From positions 413,969-477,968 of the forward strand of contig VMGB01000001.1 in NCBI GenBank assembly GCA_007376295.1: a stretch of 64,000 bases of DNA. Direction: 5' to 3'. Shown one piece after another: positions 1 to 9,439 of this stretch (within the stretch, counting starts at the first letter, position 1; every line of letters starts with the position of its first letter). The notes below the pieces were generated by a model. It was given only the letters and a program-made list of their open reading frames with translations. It did not search any database and was not told where the DNA came from. This DNA comes from Parcubacteria group bacterium Gr01-1014_13. Lineage in GTDB: Bacteria > Patescibacteriota > Patescibacteriia > Magasanikbacterales > GWA2-37-8. The translations under genes were made by a program, and so were the position numbers.

Positions 1-723
1 TAATGCCAACATAATAAACACCAGCCAAATACTATCGAAATGTCCGTGTACAACCCACTCAAATAAGGCTGCGGGTTGTAAAAACCACAATAACCAAAAA
101 TTACTCTTCTGCGAATTTTCATCTGATAAATCCAAAAACTTGTAAACCAGCCAACCGCATAATGCAAAAAATAGAGCGACTATAAATTTCCACAAAACAA
201 TAAAAGCAATTACATTGTCACGGCTTAAATCGTAAACGGCTCCAAAAACATGCGCCATTATCGGACCATATGGAAACCTATCCATTACTTTAAAAGCCGG
301 TTCCATAAAATGGTTTTCTCTGGGCCAATCCTGGGTAAATACATTCACCGTTCCTTGGCTAATGGATTTGCCTGCCCAAAAATAAAAGACTACATCGCCG
401 GATCCAAATGGCACCACAAGCGTGGCTAGAAAAATAAAAAGTGCAACGATACCCAAAATTTGTTTCTTTGATTTTGGTTTTTCACCCTCTTTAAACATTT
501 TCCAGAGAAAAAATCCCGAAGAAACCAAACAAGCAAGAATTATAAACAATGAGATAATTAAAATTAATTTCGAGACTGTATTTAACTGTGAAGCGCAAAA
601 AAGCCAGCCTTGCCCAAAGTAACACTTTTCCGCTAATACTTTAGGGTACATTGATAGGGAAAATGCGGCCAACATGCCCCACCCTATAAGACCAAGGATT
701 ATCGTCTTTTTAAAATTGGACAT
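1..723 (-). CDS. Membrane GT-C-type (polyprenyl-phosphate-sugar dependent) glycosyltransferase, runs off the left edge
   Basis: Not in the ORF track. Manual translation from ATG 723 gives MSNFKKTIILGLIGWGMLAAF..., several TM segments, SGDVVFYFWAGK and FPYGP motifs typical of GT87/MptA-like enzymes; lies directly downstream of rfbH. Confidence 0.6.
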   Translation of the reverse strand, partial: MSNFKKTIILGLIGWGMLAAFSLSMYPKVLAEKCYFGQGWLFCASQLNTVSKLILIISLFIILACLVSSGFFLWKMFKEGEKPKSKKQILGIVALFIFLATLVVPFGSGDVVFYFWAGKSISQGTVNVFTQDWPRENHFMEPAFKVMDRFPYGPIMAHVFGAVYDLSRDNVIAFIVLWKFIVALFFALCGWLVYKFLDLSDENSQKSNFWLLWFLQPAALFEWVVHGHFDSIWLVFIMLAL

Positions 724-730
724 ACTTTAC

Positions 731-2032
731 TTAATACTGACTAACGAATTCTTCAAAACAAGTGACCATATACTCCATCATTTCAGTGGTGAGTCCAGGG
801 AAAACCCCGACCCAAAAAGTATTATTCATCACCAAATCGGCATTCTTTAAATCCCCCACCGCTCGATGTTCTATTTTATTTTCTATAAAATATGGCTGCT
901 TCACAATATTGCCGGCAAACAAATAACGTGTGGCAATTTGCTTATCATTCAAAAAATGGACGAGGGTATCGCGATCAAACGGCGCGTCTTCTTTTATTGT
1001 TAACAAAAATCCAAACCAGCTTGGTTCGGCATTATCAAGCCATTTGGGCAAAATAAAATAATCTTCAAATTTCTTTAGGCCTTTGTATAAAATATCAAAG
1101 TTTTCTCGGCGCTTGGCCACAAAACTCTCCAACTTTTCTAGTTGCGCCACTCCCAATGCAGCCTGCATGTCGGTAACCTTTAAATTGTAGCCGGTTTCGG
1201 AATAAATATATTTGTGATCATAACCATATGGCAAATTTCCCAGCTGCCAACCAAACCTCATACCGCAAGTGTTGTCGCAGCCTGGTTTACAATAACAATC
1301 TCTGCCCCAATCACGAAATGAACGAATAATTTTTGCCAAAATAGCATCGTTAGTAAACAACATGCCGCCTTCGCCCAAAGTAATATGATGAGCCGGATAA
1401 AAACTGCAGGTGGCAATATGGCCAAATGTTCCTGTGTGTTTGCCGTTATAAATTGAACCCAAAGCATCGCAGTTATCTTCTATCAACCAAAGATCGTGTT
1501 CTTTGCAAATAGCGGCAATTGCATCCAAATCAAATGGGTTACCCAAAGTGTGTGCTAAAAATATGGCTTTGGTTTTTGGAGTTACCGCCTTTCTAATTTC
1601 TTCGACATTGGCATTGTAGTAACCTAAATCAACATCTACCAAAACCGGTATTAATCTGTTTTGAATAATTGGATTTACGGTGGTAGGAAAACTCGTGGCC
1701 ACAGTGATTACTTCGTCGCCCGGATTTAATCGTTTAGCGCCCAGTTTTGCCGAAGTAAGAGCTGAGATGGCCAACAAGTTTGCTGATGATCCGGAGTTTA
1801 CCAAAATCGCTTGCTTGGCTCCCAACCAATATGCAAGTTTACTTTCAAATTCTTCAGTAAAATGACCTTCTGTCCACCAACCTTCGAGCACTGCTTCTAC
1901 CGCATTGATCATTTCTTTTTCATCAAAAACTTTGCCAGTTATGGGAACTGGCGAATCTCCGGGAATAAATGATTTTGGAGGGAATCTTTTATTGTATTCA
2001 GCCTGAATTTGATCTTTTAGATAATCTTCCAT
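731..2032 (-). CDS. rfbH: CDP-4-keto-6-deoxy-D-glucose 3-dehydratase (RfbH/DdhC)
   Basis: NSGSSANLLA, EDNCDALGS, SFYPAHHITLGEGG (His in place of the Schiff-base Lys), DWGRDCYCKPGCDNTCG Fe-S motif, YDHKY. Confidence 0.95.
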   Translation of the reverse strand: MEDYLKDQIQAEYNKRFPPKSFIPGDSPVPITGKVFDEKEMINAVEAVLEGWWTEGHFTEEFESKLAYWLGAKQAILVNSGSSANLLAISALTSAKLGAKRLNPGDEVITVATSFPTTVNPIIQNRLIPVLVDVDLGYYNANVEEIRKAVTPKTKAIFLAHTLGNPFDLDAIAAICKEHDLWLIEDNCDALGSIYNGKHTGTFGHIATCSFYPAHHITLGEGGMLFTNDAILAKIIRSFRDWGRDCYCKPGCDNTCGMRFGWQLGNLPYGYDHKYIYSETGYNLKVTDMQAALGVAQLEKLESFVAKRRENFDILYKGLKKFEDYFILPKWLDNAEPSWFGFLLTIKEDAPFDRDTLVHFLNDKQIATRYLFAGNIVKQPYFIENKIEHRAVGDLKNADLVMNNTFWVGVFPGLTTEMMEYMVTCFEEFVSQY

Positions 2033-2040
2033 AGTGCTTT

Positions 2041-2592
2041 TTACTTTTTAAATACTTTTACCGCAGCTGGGATAACATATTTACGATGATGTGGAATTGT
2101 ATTTTTTGGCAAATGCTTTACATCCCACCAACGTCCTTCAGAATTTGGAACACCCTTGCATTTTATTAAATACACCATTGATAAAAACCAACCGCGCGGA
2201 TCGGGAATAAAAATTGAATCATGACATTTAAAATCACTAGTAATGGTTGTTTTAAACTCTCTTGAACTTAACCGATGAGCCACGTCCTTTGGCTGTTCAT
2301 TCGGACGAAAGACAGCTCCTGGTATATGCCACTGACCGGAGAAAGATTCGTGGACTCCACGTTTTAGCATAAAAACTTCTATGGCCCCGGTTTTTTTATT
2401 TTTCCGCAAACAAACAGCTTCAAAAGCCACACTTACAGACAGTCTGGCAATAGCTTCAAAAAGTCTGCTGCCCAAAGGTTTTTGCCCATTTTGAGATGTA
2501 AAAAAACTCTTATCATGCTGACCTTTTCCTTGCCAGGCATCTTCCACCAAGTCTTCAAATGAGGTAATAATTTCTTCTGAAGTTAATTGCAT
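2041..2592 (-). CDS. Nudix-fold protein, paralogue 1 (GDP-mannose mannosyl hydrolase-like, degenerate Nudix box)
   Basis: AFEAV...EVFMLKR...GQWHIPGAVFRPNEQPKDVAHRLSSREF. Confidence 0.65.
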   Translation of the reverse strand: MQLTSEEIITSFEDLVEDAWQGKGQHDKSFFTSQNGQKPLGSRLFEAIARLSVSVAFEAVCLRKNKKTGAIEVFMLKRGVHESFSGQWHIPGAVFRPNEQPKDVAHRLSSREFKTTITSDFKCHDSIFIPDPRGWFLSMVYLIKCKGVPNSEGRWWDVKHLPKNTIPHHRKYVIPAAVKVFKK

Positions 2593-2614
2593 ATCATAGA
2601 TAAATACGGCTTCT

Positions 2615-2643
2615 ATTCTACCAATTAGACCTTAAAAATGCAA
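2615..2643 (-). promoter_or_regulatory. Sigma70 promoter for Nudix-1 and rfbH
   Basis: TTGCAT-17 bp-TAGAAT on the minus strand. Confidence 0.6.
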
Positions 2644-2646
2644 GAT

Positions 2647-2695
2647 AAAAAAGAAGCCCTGCCACCTTTGTCCTATTGGACTTGGGTGGCAGGGC
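2647..2695 (-). terminator. Intrinsic terminator after Nudix-2
   Basis: 11-bp stem gccctgccacc/ggtggcagggc with inner gtcc/ggac, followed by a T-run on the minus strand. Confidence 0.75.
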
Positions 2696-2726
2696 GTTAC
2701 CGAGCTCTTCTGGGGCTGATCCTTTG

Positions 2727-3266
2727 CTAGTAGCGCGGATACTGCCAGTAGACTCGGGCTGCTTTCGGGATGATGATCTCGCGGTGGATATTTACCGTGT
2801 TACTAGGAAGATCGCTGACGGGAAACCACTTGTGACGATCGTCGATGCGTGGATCGCCAGCTAGCTTGACGATAAAGATGTGCGAGTGGACAGTCCCACG
2901 GTCTTCGGAGGTGATCTCTTTGTCGACCAGATCGAACTTTTCAATCCTGGTACCAAATTCCTCCTCCAATCGATTCGCCACGTCACGATCCTGCTCGCCA
3001 TGACGATAGAGTTTTCCAGGCGCATGCCACTGGCCCGGATAGGCAGTGTCATTCATAGCGCGTTGACGCAGAAAAACCTCATTGCCACCTCTGTCCGAAC
3101 GACGGAACACCATTGCCTCGAAGGCTGGCGTGGGCCACAGACGCATGATAGCATCGCACAAGGCGGTGCCAACGGGCTTGGTAGTATCCAATCGGTTCAG
3201 CATCTGAGCTAGAACCCTTTTATAGTCGTCGCTTGAAGGATCTTCCGGAACCACCGTGTTATTCAT
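2727..3266 (-). CDS. Nudix-fold protein, paralogue 2
   Basis: PAFEAM...EVFLRQR...YPGQWHAPGKLYRHGEQDRDVANRLEEEFG; AAGGAG SD; visibly more GC-rich than its neighbours. Confidence 0.65.
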   Translation of the reverse strand: MNNTVVPEDPSSDDYKRVLAQMLNRLDTTKPVGTALCDAIMRLWPTPAFEAMVFRRSDRGGNEVFLRQRAMNDTAYPGQWHAPGKLYRHGEQDRDVANRLEEEFGTRIEKFDLVDKEITSEDRGTVHSHIFIVKLAGDPRIDDRHKWFPVSDLPSNTVNIHREIIIPKAARVYWQYPRY

Positions 3267-3323
3267 TGCGATTTCTCCTTTGTTTGTTCTCAGACCCTTA
3301 CGGGGGGTCTAAGGAGTAGTTGC

Positions 3324-3352
3324 TTTATATCCTAAATAAACAAAAAAGTCAA
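3324..3352 (-). promoter_or_regulatory. Sigma70 promoter for Nudix-2
   Basis: TTGACT-17 bp-TATAAA, then a 5' hairpin (agaccc/gggtct) and AAGGAG SD. Confidence 0.75.
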
Positions 3353-3363
3353 GGTTGGCTATT

Positions 3364-3413
3364 AAAAAAACGCCCTGCAGTCTTGTCCGATTTGGACTAG
3401 ATAAACAGGACGT
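3364..3413 (-). terminator. Terminator after Nudix-3, related in sequence to 2647-2695
   Basis: acgccctg...ttgtcc...ggact...caggacgt plus A7 (T-run on minus). Confidence 0.55.
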
Positions 3414-3425
3414 CAATCTCCTTAA

Positions 3426-4013
3426 TTACTGGAAAGAACGTTTGGGTTGGCCTGATTGATTGCGCTTATGATGAGCTACAGCTGCCAACGGGATGATTGG
3501 ATCGGAGTGGTGCGGCACAATACTCTCTGGCAATTTACTGATGGGATGCCAATCGTGCCGAAGATCAAGCAATGGTTGCCCAACGAGGTCTACTAGAAAA
3601 ACATTTGAATGCACCGTACCCCTCTCTTCGTGATGTACTGGAAATCTACTCACAAAATGGAATGATTTGATTCCAGTATGGAAGAAATCTTCTTCAAGAC
3701 GTTTGGCAACATCTTGATCATGTTCCCCCTGTCGATATATAGAGCTGGGAGCACACCATTCGTTAGGGTGGGCAATGTCGTCTGGTGGGCGCTTGGTCAG
3801 ATAAACTTCGGTATCTTTACCACTACCACGAATATGCAAGGCTTCGAAAGCGACTGCTGGCTTTAGCCTCGTAAGAGCATTGCACAGCTTGGTTCCCTGA
3901 AACTTTCTCGGGTGAATTAGAGAAAGCAGGTCCGCTAACAACTCTTTGAGTTCGTCGCCGTCGAGAGATTTAGCTTTTTCTAAAATATGCCTTACATTTG
4001 CTGATTTTACCAT
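3426..4013 (-). CDS. Nudix-fold protein, paralogue 3 (likely start MVKSAN at 4013; ORF track starts 4061)
   Basis: VAFEAL...EVYLTKR...NEWCAPSSIYRQGEHDQDVAKRLEEDFF; ERGTVHS shared with paralogue 2 (DRGTVHS); AAGGA SD before 4013; promoter TTGACT-17-TAATTT at 4093-4065. Confidence 0.6.
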   Translation of the reverse strand: MVKSANVRHILEKAKSLDGDELKELLADLLSLIHPRKFQGTKLCNALTRLKPAVAFEALHIRGSGKDTEVYLTKRPPDDIAHPNEWCAPSSIYRQGEHDQDVAKRLEEDFFHTGIKSFHFVSRFPVHHEERGTVHSNVFLVDLVGQPLLDLRHDWHPISKLPESIVPHHSDPIIPLAAVAHHKRNQSGQPKRSFQ

Positions 4014-4121
4014 TCTTTTTTTCCTTTGGCACTTCCTATCCACCGTGGATAGAGAAGACATATCAAATTATCATTTATTAACAAAAAAGTCAAGGTTTCC
4101 CTTGACCTAATCCGGTTTTAG

Positions 4122-4754
4122 CTACAATATTTTGCGAGTAGAAATATGTTCATGCTCGATCACATTTCCCGCATCATCAAATAATACCCGCCACGCTTCG
4201 CCTTTTTCCAAATACATAACCCTGCCTTTTTCGTTTTTTAACTCCCTAAGCGACGGCAACGACTTGCCTGGATTCAGCAATTGCCACATTGCAAAAGCGG
4301 TCGGATCGCCGTGGCTAACCACAAACACGGTCTTGCCTTGATATTTGGCGAGGATATCCTTTATCGCCGCCACCATCCGAGCCGTAAAACTTGGCGGTCT
4401 TTCAATGCGCAAATTTTGTAAAGCCGGATGTGTATACGGATCTATGATTTCTGCCAACCAAACAAGGGATCTGCCAAACATGTCCGGCGAATCCGGGTCC
4501 TGTAAACGCGGATCAGGCTCAATTGACAAATTCAAGCCGGGATAATTACTCATAATTTCCGCGGAAGATTGCATGGCCCGCAAAAAATCACTGCTGACAA
4601 CCACGTCCGGTACCACCCCACTCTTACGAAAAATACGGCCAAGCACTCGCATTTTTTCTTTTCCAAATTCGCTTAAGGAAATAGTCCCATCGTAAATAAT
4701 TCCTTTCGGATTTTCCAAATCTCCGTGGCGAATTAAAAAGATAGTGGTTTGCAT
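4122..4754 (-). CDS. Histidine phosphatase family protein
   Basis: LIRHG, SSDFLRAMQS and VVSHGD motifs. Confidence 0.85.
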   Translation of the reverse strand: MQTTIFLIRHGDLENPKGIIYDGTISLSEFGKEKMRVLGRIFRKSGVVPDVVVSSDFLRAMQSSAEIMSNYPGLNLSIEPDPRLQDPDSPDMFGRSLVWLAEIIDPYTHPALQNLRIERPPSFTARMVAAIKDILAKYQGKTVFVVSHGDPTAFAMWQLLNPGKSLPSLRELKNEKGRVMYLEKGEAWRVLFDDAGNVIEHEHISTRKIL

Positions 4755-4760
4755 AAAAAC

Positions 4761-4789
4761 TTTATACCGTAAATAAACGAAAAAGTCAA
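4761..4789 (-). promoter_or_regulatory. Sigma70 promoter giving a leaderless mRNA
   Basis: TTGACT-17-TATAAA-6 nt-ATG. Confidence 0.75.
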
Positions 4790-4797
4790 GGTTAAAC

Positions 4798-5736
4798 CTA
4801 AAAATTCACCCTCTCTCTTTCTATCACCAGTGGCCGTTCGCGTACTTGGGTGTAAATGGCTCCAATATACTCGCCCAAGATACCAATAAAAAACAACTGA
4901 ATGGAAGAAAAGAAAAAGATACCGATACTAAGCGGTGCTAAGCCGGCTTCAAACCGATCCCAAAAAAGCAGTTTGTAAATTAAATAAACTATACCGACTA
5001 TAAAACTGATAACTGACATGCCAAAACCAATAAAACTGGCCAGACGCAAAGGAATTTTGGAATGATTCACAAAACCAAGCATAGCCAAGTCGTAGAGCGA
5101 ATAAAAATTATTGCTGGTCTTACCTCTTTTTCTGGCTGGCTGAAAATAACTTACTTCGGCGCGATTAAAACCAAGTTCGGTAATTAAACCGCGAAAATAT
5201 GGATATGGATCTTTGAGCGTGCGCAAAACCGCAATAAATTTTTGGTCGTATAGACCAAAACCAGTGAAATTTTTTATTTGCTCAACATCCGATATTTTTT
5301 TTATTAAGTTATAATAAACTTTTCGTATAGCGAACATTATAGCATTCTCTTCACTTTTATTTTTTACTCCCACCACAATAGAACTTCCTTCTTCCCACTT
5401 CTGCAAAAATTCTTTAATTGTCGCTGGCGGATCTTGTAAGTCGGAGGCCATCAGCACCACAGCATCGCCATGCGCTTGCTGCAATCCATAGTATGGAGAA
5501 CGGATATGACCAAAATTTTTGATGTTAACGATAATTTTTACATTATAATCTACGGTAGCCAATTTTTTTAATACCGCCACGGTACTGTCTGTGGAAGCAT
5601 TATCAATAAAAATATGTTCATAGCGATATTGAGGCAGATCGGCAAATACGGCTTTAACCTGACTGTACAATTCTTCCACGTTTAATTCTTCGTTGTAGCA
5701 TGGGGTAACCACGCTAATAAGTTTTTTGTCTGACAT
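4798..5736 (-). CDS. GT2 polyprenyl-phosphate glycosyltransferase (GtrB/ArnC-like)
   Basis: SVVTPCYNEE, IDNASTD, NFG, SDLQDPP, two C-terminal TM helices, GEYIG...RP. Confidence 0.9.
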   Translation of the reverse strand: MSDKKLISVVTPCYNEELNVEELYSQVKAVFADLPQYRYEHIFIDNASTDSTVAVLKKLATVDYNVKIIVNIKNFGHIRSPYYGLQQAHGDAVVLMASDLQDPPATIKEFLQKWEEGSSIVVGVKNKSEENAIMFAIRKVYYNLIKKISDVEQIKNFTGFGLYDQKFIAVLRTLKDPYPYFRGLITELGFNRAEVSYFQPARKRGKTSNNFYSLYDLAMLGFVNHSKIPLRLASFIGFGMSVISFIVGIVYLIYKLLFWDRFEAGLAPLSIGIFFFSSIQLFFIGILGEYIGAIYTQVRERPLVIERERVNF

Positions 5737-5740
5737 ATAA

Positions 5741-6619
5741 TTATTCTTCTAATAAAGTCTGGTGATTTAAATTCGGTAAAGCTGTTTTGTAATAAGATAC
5801 AAGCTGAGCAATGGCAGAATCAATGGTTGTAAAGGTAATGCCAGGAAATGCTTGGTTCATAAGAGTGGAGTCACAAGAATATTCTTTTCCATACCCTTTG
5901 CTAGAGATAAGGACAGGTACTTCATAACCAATAGTCTGAATCACTTTTTCTGCAATAGTTTTTAAATCAATTGCTTCACCACGGCCAATATTAATAAAAG
6001 TTTCTTTTGGCTGGTTGGCAATGCATTTTTCTAAAATATGAATAAAATCATCAATAAAAAGATAATCGAACATCACATTTTGACGCATGGTAATTGGTTG
6101 GCGCAGAAGCGCCCGGCAAATAGCATTGGAAATAAAGCGAATCTCATAATCTTCGTATTTGCCAAAAACTGCGAATAAGCGTAAGTGAGTAATATAATCT
6201 ACTTTGTCTGCGTACTTGGCGCAGACATATTTGTACAAGCCGTATTCATCATTGGGTACGTGTTTATCAAAGTCGGTTTCTTTGACTTTAACGAGCGGCT
6301 GTTGTTTATCATACTCTGCTCCAGAACCAAGGGTAATCATGCGTTTAAAAAAAGGTTTGGCGCGTACCAGATTAAAAAACATCCTTAAATTAACATGGGT
6401 GATACCAAAGACATGTTGTTGTTTACGCGTACCGCCAATATTAGCGGCGTGAATCACAATATCTACCGGATTTTTCTCCAAAAAATTATACACCGCATCG
6501 CTGTCGGTGAGATCTAGTTCGGCATGGGTAGGCGCAATAATCTCGTACTTGCTACTGAGCTGTTCTTTTATATTGCGGCCGATAAATCCATTACCGCCAG
6601 TTAAAAATATTTTCATCAT
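5741..6619 (-). CDS. NAD(P)-dependent NDP-sugar epimerase/reductase (YerF-like)
   Basis: TGGNGFIG, GSGAEY, YGLYK; adjacent to the ThDP enzyme. Confidence 0.8.
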   Translation of the reverse strand: MMKIFLTGGNGFIGRNIKEQLSSKYEIIAPTHAELDLTDSDAVYNFLEKNPVDIVIHAANIGGTRKQQHVFGITHVNLRMFFNLVRAKPFFKRMITLGSGAEYDKQQPLVKVKETDFDKHVPNDEYGLYKYVCAKYADKVDYITHLRLFAVFGKYEDYEIRFISNAICRALLRQPITMRQNVMFDYLFIDDFIHILEKCIANQPKETFINIGRGEAIDLKTIAEKVIQTIGYEVPVLISSKGYGKEYSCDSTLMNQAFPGITFTTIDSAIAQLVSYYKTALPNLNHQTLLEE

Positions 6620-6620
6620 A

Positions 6621-8426
6621 CTAATTTTTATCTTTAACGATCATATTTTCCGCCAATTCTTCTGGGCTTAAAAACGGAAACATGTTTTCGTATGGATTGG
6701 ACATCATCTTGCCGTCTGGACCTTTTTCAGAAGTAACACGCGGGATAAGAAGCTGCCACTCTGGCGTCATCACATCGCAAATCACCGGACCGTCATGATC
6801 AAGCGCTTCTTTTATTTTTTCATCTACTTCATCTACCGAAGAAATGCGTATACCTTTGATACCGTAGACTTCGGCAATCTTTAACGCATCCGGACACCAC
6901 ACACCAGAATCTGGACTCTCGCCGATCATACGGCCGCCAAAAAAATTACGCTGAGTATGACGCATTAGCAAATAGCCGTTGTTGTTGAAAATAAAAATTT
7001 TCAGTGGCAAATTGTTTATTTTCACTGTGGCCAGTTCCTGTAAATTCATTTGCATGCTGCCGTCACCGGTAATAACGATTGTAGGTTTTCGGCCCGCAGC
7101 AATACACGATCCAATGCCTCCTACCCAATAACCCATTGTAGAAATACCGCCAGTAGTAAGAAAACGCTGATCTTTTTTTATCTTCCATGTTTGAGCAGCT
7201 ACATGAAAACAGGATCCGGTATCAACTAAAATATTTGCGCCCGGCGGAGTCAGTTCGCTTAAGCGGTCGGTAAAATAATATGAATTGACCGGTTTTTCAT
7301 CTTTGTAAGAAGGCAAAACAACCGGATATTTTTTTCTCCAATTCTGACATATTGCCACCCACTGCGGCCTTTCGATTTCCGGCTGACTCTGTGCATATTT
7401 TGCAAGTTCAATCAAAAATTCTTTAGCATCAGCCAAAACAGGTAAAACAATATTTAAATCTGGTTTTTCCAGTTCTTTTTGGTCAATATCGACAACAATC
7501 TTTTCGGAATTACGGCCAAAATCTTTTACGTTGTAGCCGGTAAGCGATACGGTAAGGCGAGAACCAACCGCGATAATCAAATCAGCATTTTGCACAGCAA
7601 AATTAGCACTGCGTTCGCCATAAGTCCCCGGCCGGCCGGCATAAAGCGGGTGATCGCTAGTGATAATATCTAAACCTAAACGTGAAGTTAAAAGAGGAAT
7701 TTTTATTTTTTTTATTACTTCTTCAAAAGCCGGAATGCCGCCAGATAAACGTACGCCTTGTCCGAAAATAAATAACGGTCTTTCTGCCTTGGCAATACGC
7801 TCATAAACAGCTTTTACTTTTTCTGCTAACTCTGGAGATGGCTGAGAAATTTCTACCTCAACTTCTGCCGGTGGGCCATACGCATCAATGACTGACTGCG
7901 GCACTTCTGTGCGCTGCATATCTACCGGCACTTCAATCCACACCGGGCCGGGCCGGCCGGTAGTTACCTGCTTCCAAGCTTCGGCAACATATTCGCCGAT
8001 ACGGGCAGGATCATCTACGGTGACAAAATATTTGGTAATCGGCGCAACCATTTTGCGTATACTTATCCCCTGCACGCCAAATTGGCGAATATCAGTTTTT
8101 TCCGCGTATTGGACAATAGATAAATTTGATTGGCCGGAAATAACAATCATCGGAGAAGAATCTACCCAAGCGCCAACAACGCCATTTAAAGCATTTACCG
8201 CTCCCGGTCCGGCGGTAACCATCGCAATTGCCGGTTTGTTAGCCACTCGGCTGTAGGCCTCGGCAGCCATAGTTGCGCTTTGTTCATGGTGCGGACAGGT
8301 ATAATGAAATTGTTTGTTTTTGGCGACAGCGTCGTTTAAAAACATGGCATGTCCGCCGGTAATAGTAAAAACTTCGCTCACACCGCGCTCACCAAAGTAT
8401 TTGAAAATAAAGTCTGCGATAATCAT
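6621..8426 (-). CDS. ThDP-dependent carboligase (YerE/AHAS-like, branched-sugar biosynthesis)
   Basis: HHEQSATMAAEAY, TAGPG, GRPGPVWIEVP, GDGS...NNNGY ThDP motif; sugar-cluster context. Confidence 0.85.
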   Translation of the reverse strand: MIIADFIFKYFGERGVSEVFTITGGHAMFLNDAVAKNKQFHYTCPHHEQSATMAAEAYSRVANKPAIAMVTAGPGAVNALNGVVGAWVDSSPMIVISGQSNLSIVQYAEKTDIRQFGVQGISIRKMVAPITKYFVTVDDPARIGEYVAEAWKQVTTGRPGPVWIEVPVDMQRTEVPQSVIDAYGPPAEVEVEISQPSPELAEKVKAVYERIAKAERPLFIFGQGVRLSGGIPAFEEVIKKIKIPLLTSRLGLDIITSDHPLYAGRPGTYGERSANFAVQNADLIIAVGSRLTVSLTGYNVKDFGRNSEKIVVDIDQKELEKPDLNIVLPVLADAKEFLIELAKYAQSQPEIERPQWVAICQNWRKKYPVVLPSYKDEKPVNSYYFTDRLSELTPPGANILVDTGSCFHVAAQTWKIKKDQRFLTTGGISTMGYWVGGIGSCIAAGRKPTIVITGDGSMQMNLQELATVKINNLPLKIFIFNNNGYLLMRHTQRNFFGGRMIGESPDSGVWCPDALKIAEVYGIKGIRISSVDEVDEKIKEALDHDGPVICDVMTPEWQLLIPRVTSEKGPDGKMMSNPYENMFPFLSPEELAENMIVKDKN

Positions 8427-8427
8427 A

Positions 8428-9438
8428 CTATTGTTTTTTGTGCTTAGCCAACTCCATCGCCACCTCCACTACTATATCTTCTTGTCCGCCCACGACTCGG
8501 CGTTTTCCCAGTTCCATAAAAATTTCCCGCGGATCAACACCAAATCTTTCGGCCGCGCGCTTTACCGGTAAAGTAAACACCGAAAAAACTCCGGCCAAAC
8601 CGCTGGCAATGGTAATAGAATCAATTTCCAATAATTTTTTCATGAACGTTGTCACGATCTGATCGCTTACATCCATTAAAATATTTAAATCAACTGGAAT
8701 TTGATAGCCCATTTTTTTAAGCAGCGCCACTAACACTTCAATCGGGCAATTGCCGGCTCCCGGACCAAATCCGCGAATCGTACCATCAGCAATACGAGCG
8801 CCGACTTCCAGCGCCATCCAAGTATGCGCCACAGCCATGCCCAAATTGTTGTGGGCATGAAAACCGATCGGTACCGGCAGATTTTCTACTAAATATCCAA
8901 TTGTTTCTTTTACCATTGCGGGTGTAGAAGCACCGGCTGAATCCATAATGATAATTCCTTGCGCGCCATAACTTACCATTTTTTTTGCTTCTTCAAGAAG
9001 GCGTTCTTTAGTTGTCATGTGATACATCATGAGCACTCCATAAACTTCTTTTCCCAGTTCGGCTACATACTTTATATATTGCTGAGTAACATCGGCCTCA
9101 GTACAATGCGCGGCCACACAAACCAAATCAACTCCAAGTTTCATGGCTGGAGCCAAATCGTTTGCGATAGTGCCAAAACCAGGCAATAGAAAAATACCCA
9201 AACGAGTTTGTTTTAATTCTTTGCGCGCGACTGCCAATAATTCTAAATCCGGTGTACCCGAAATGCCTACTTGCACAGATGAAGCGCCAATACCATTGCC
9301 ATGGCCAACAATAACCACATATTCACCAGCTTTATCTACGGCACGACAATAGCGCTCCACTTGTTCAGTGGTAAGTTGGTGCGAAATAGCATGTTGGCCA
9401 TCACGCAAAGTAGAATCAAAAATCATTAAATCTTTCAT
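8428..9438 (-). CDS. dmpG: 4-hydroxy-2-oxovalerate aldolase
   Basis: DSTLRDGQH, HCTEAD, DSAG, FHAHNN, VGGQED. Confidence 0.9.
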   Translation of the reverse strand: MKDLMIFDSTLRDGQHAISHQLTTEQVERYCRAVDKAGEYVVIVGHGNGIGASSVQVGISGTPDLELLAVARKELKQTRLGIFLLPGFGTIANDLAPAMKLGVDLVCVAAHCTEADVTQQYIKYVAELGKEVYGVLMMYHMTTKERLLEEAKKMVSYGAQGIIIMDSAGASTPAMVKETIGYLVENLPVPIGFHAHNNLGMAVAHTWMALEVGARIADGTIRGFGPGAGNCPIEVLVALLKKMGYQIPVDLNILMDVSDQIVTTFMKKLLEIDSITIASGLAGVFSVFTLPVKRAAERFGVDPREIFMELGKRRVVGGQEDIVVEVAMELAKHKKQ

Positions 9439-9439
9439 A

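Noticed and set aside
2647-4797. Integron attC array
   Set aside because: The repeated motifs resolve into promoters and terminators; no consistent RYYYAAC/GTTRRRY ends and no integron integrase
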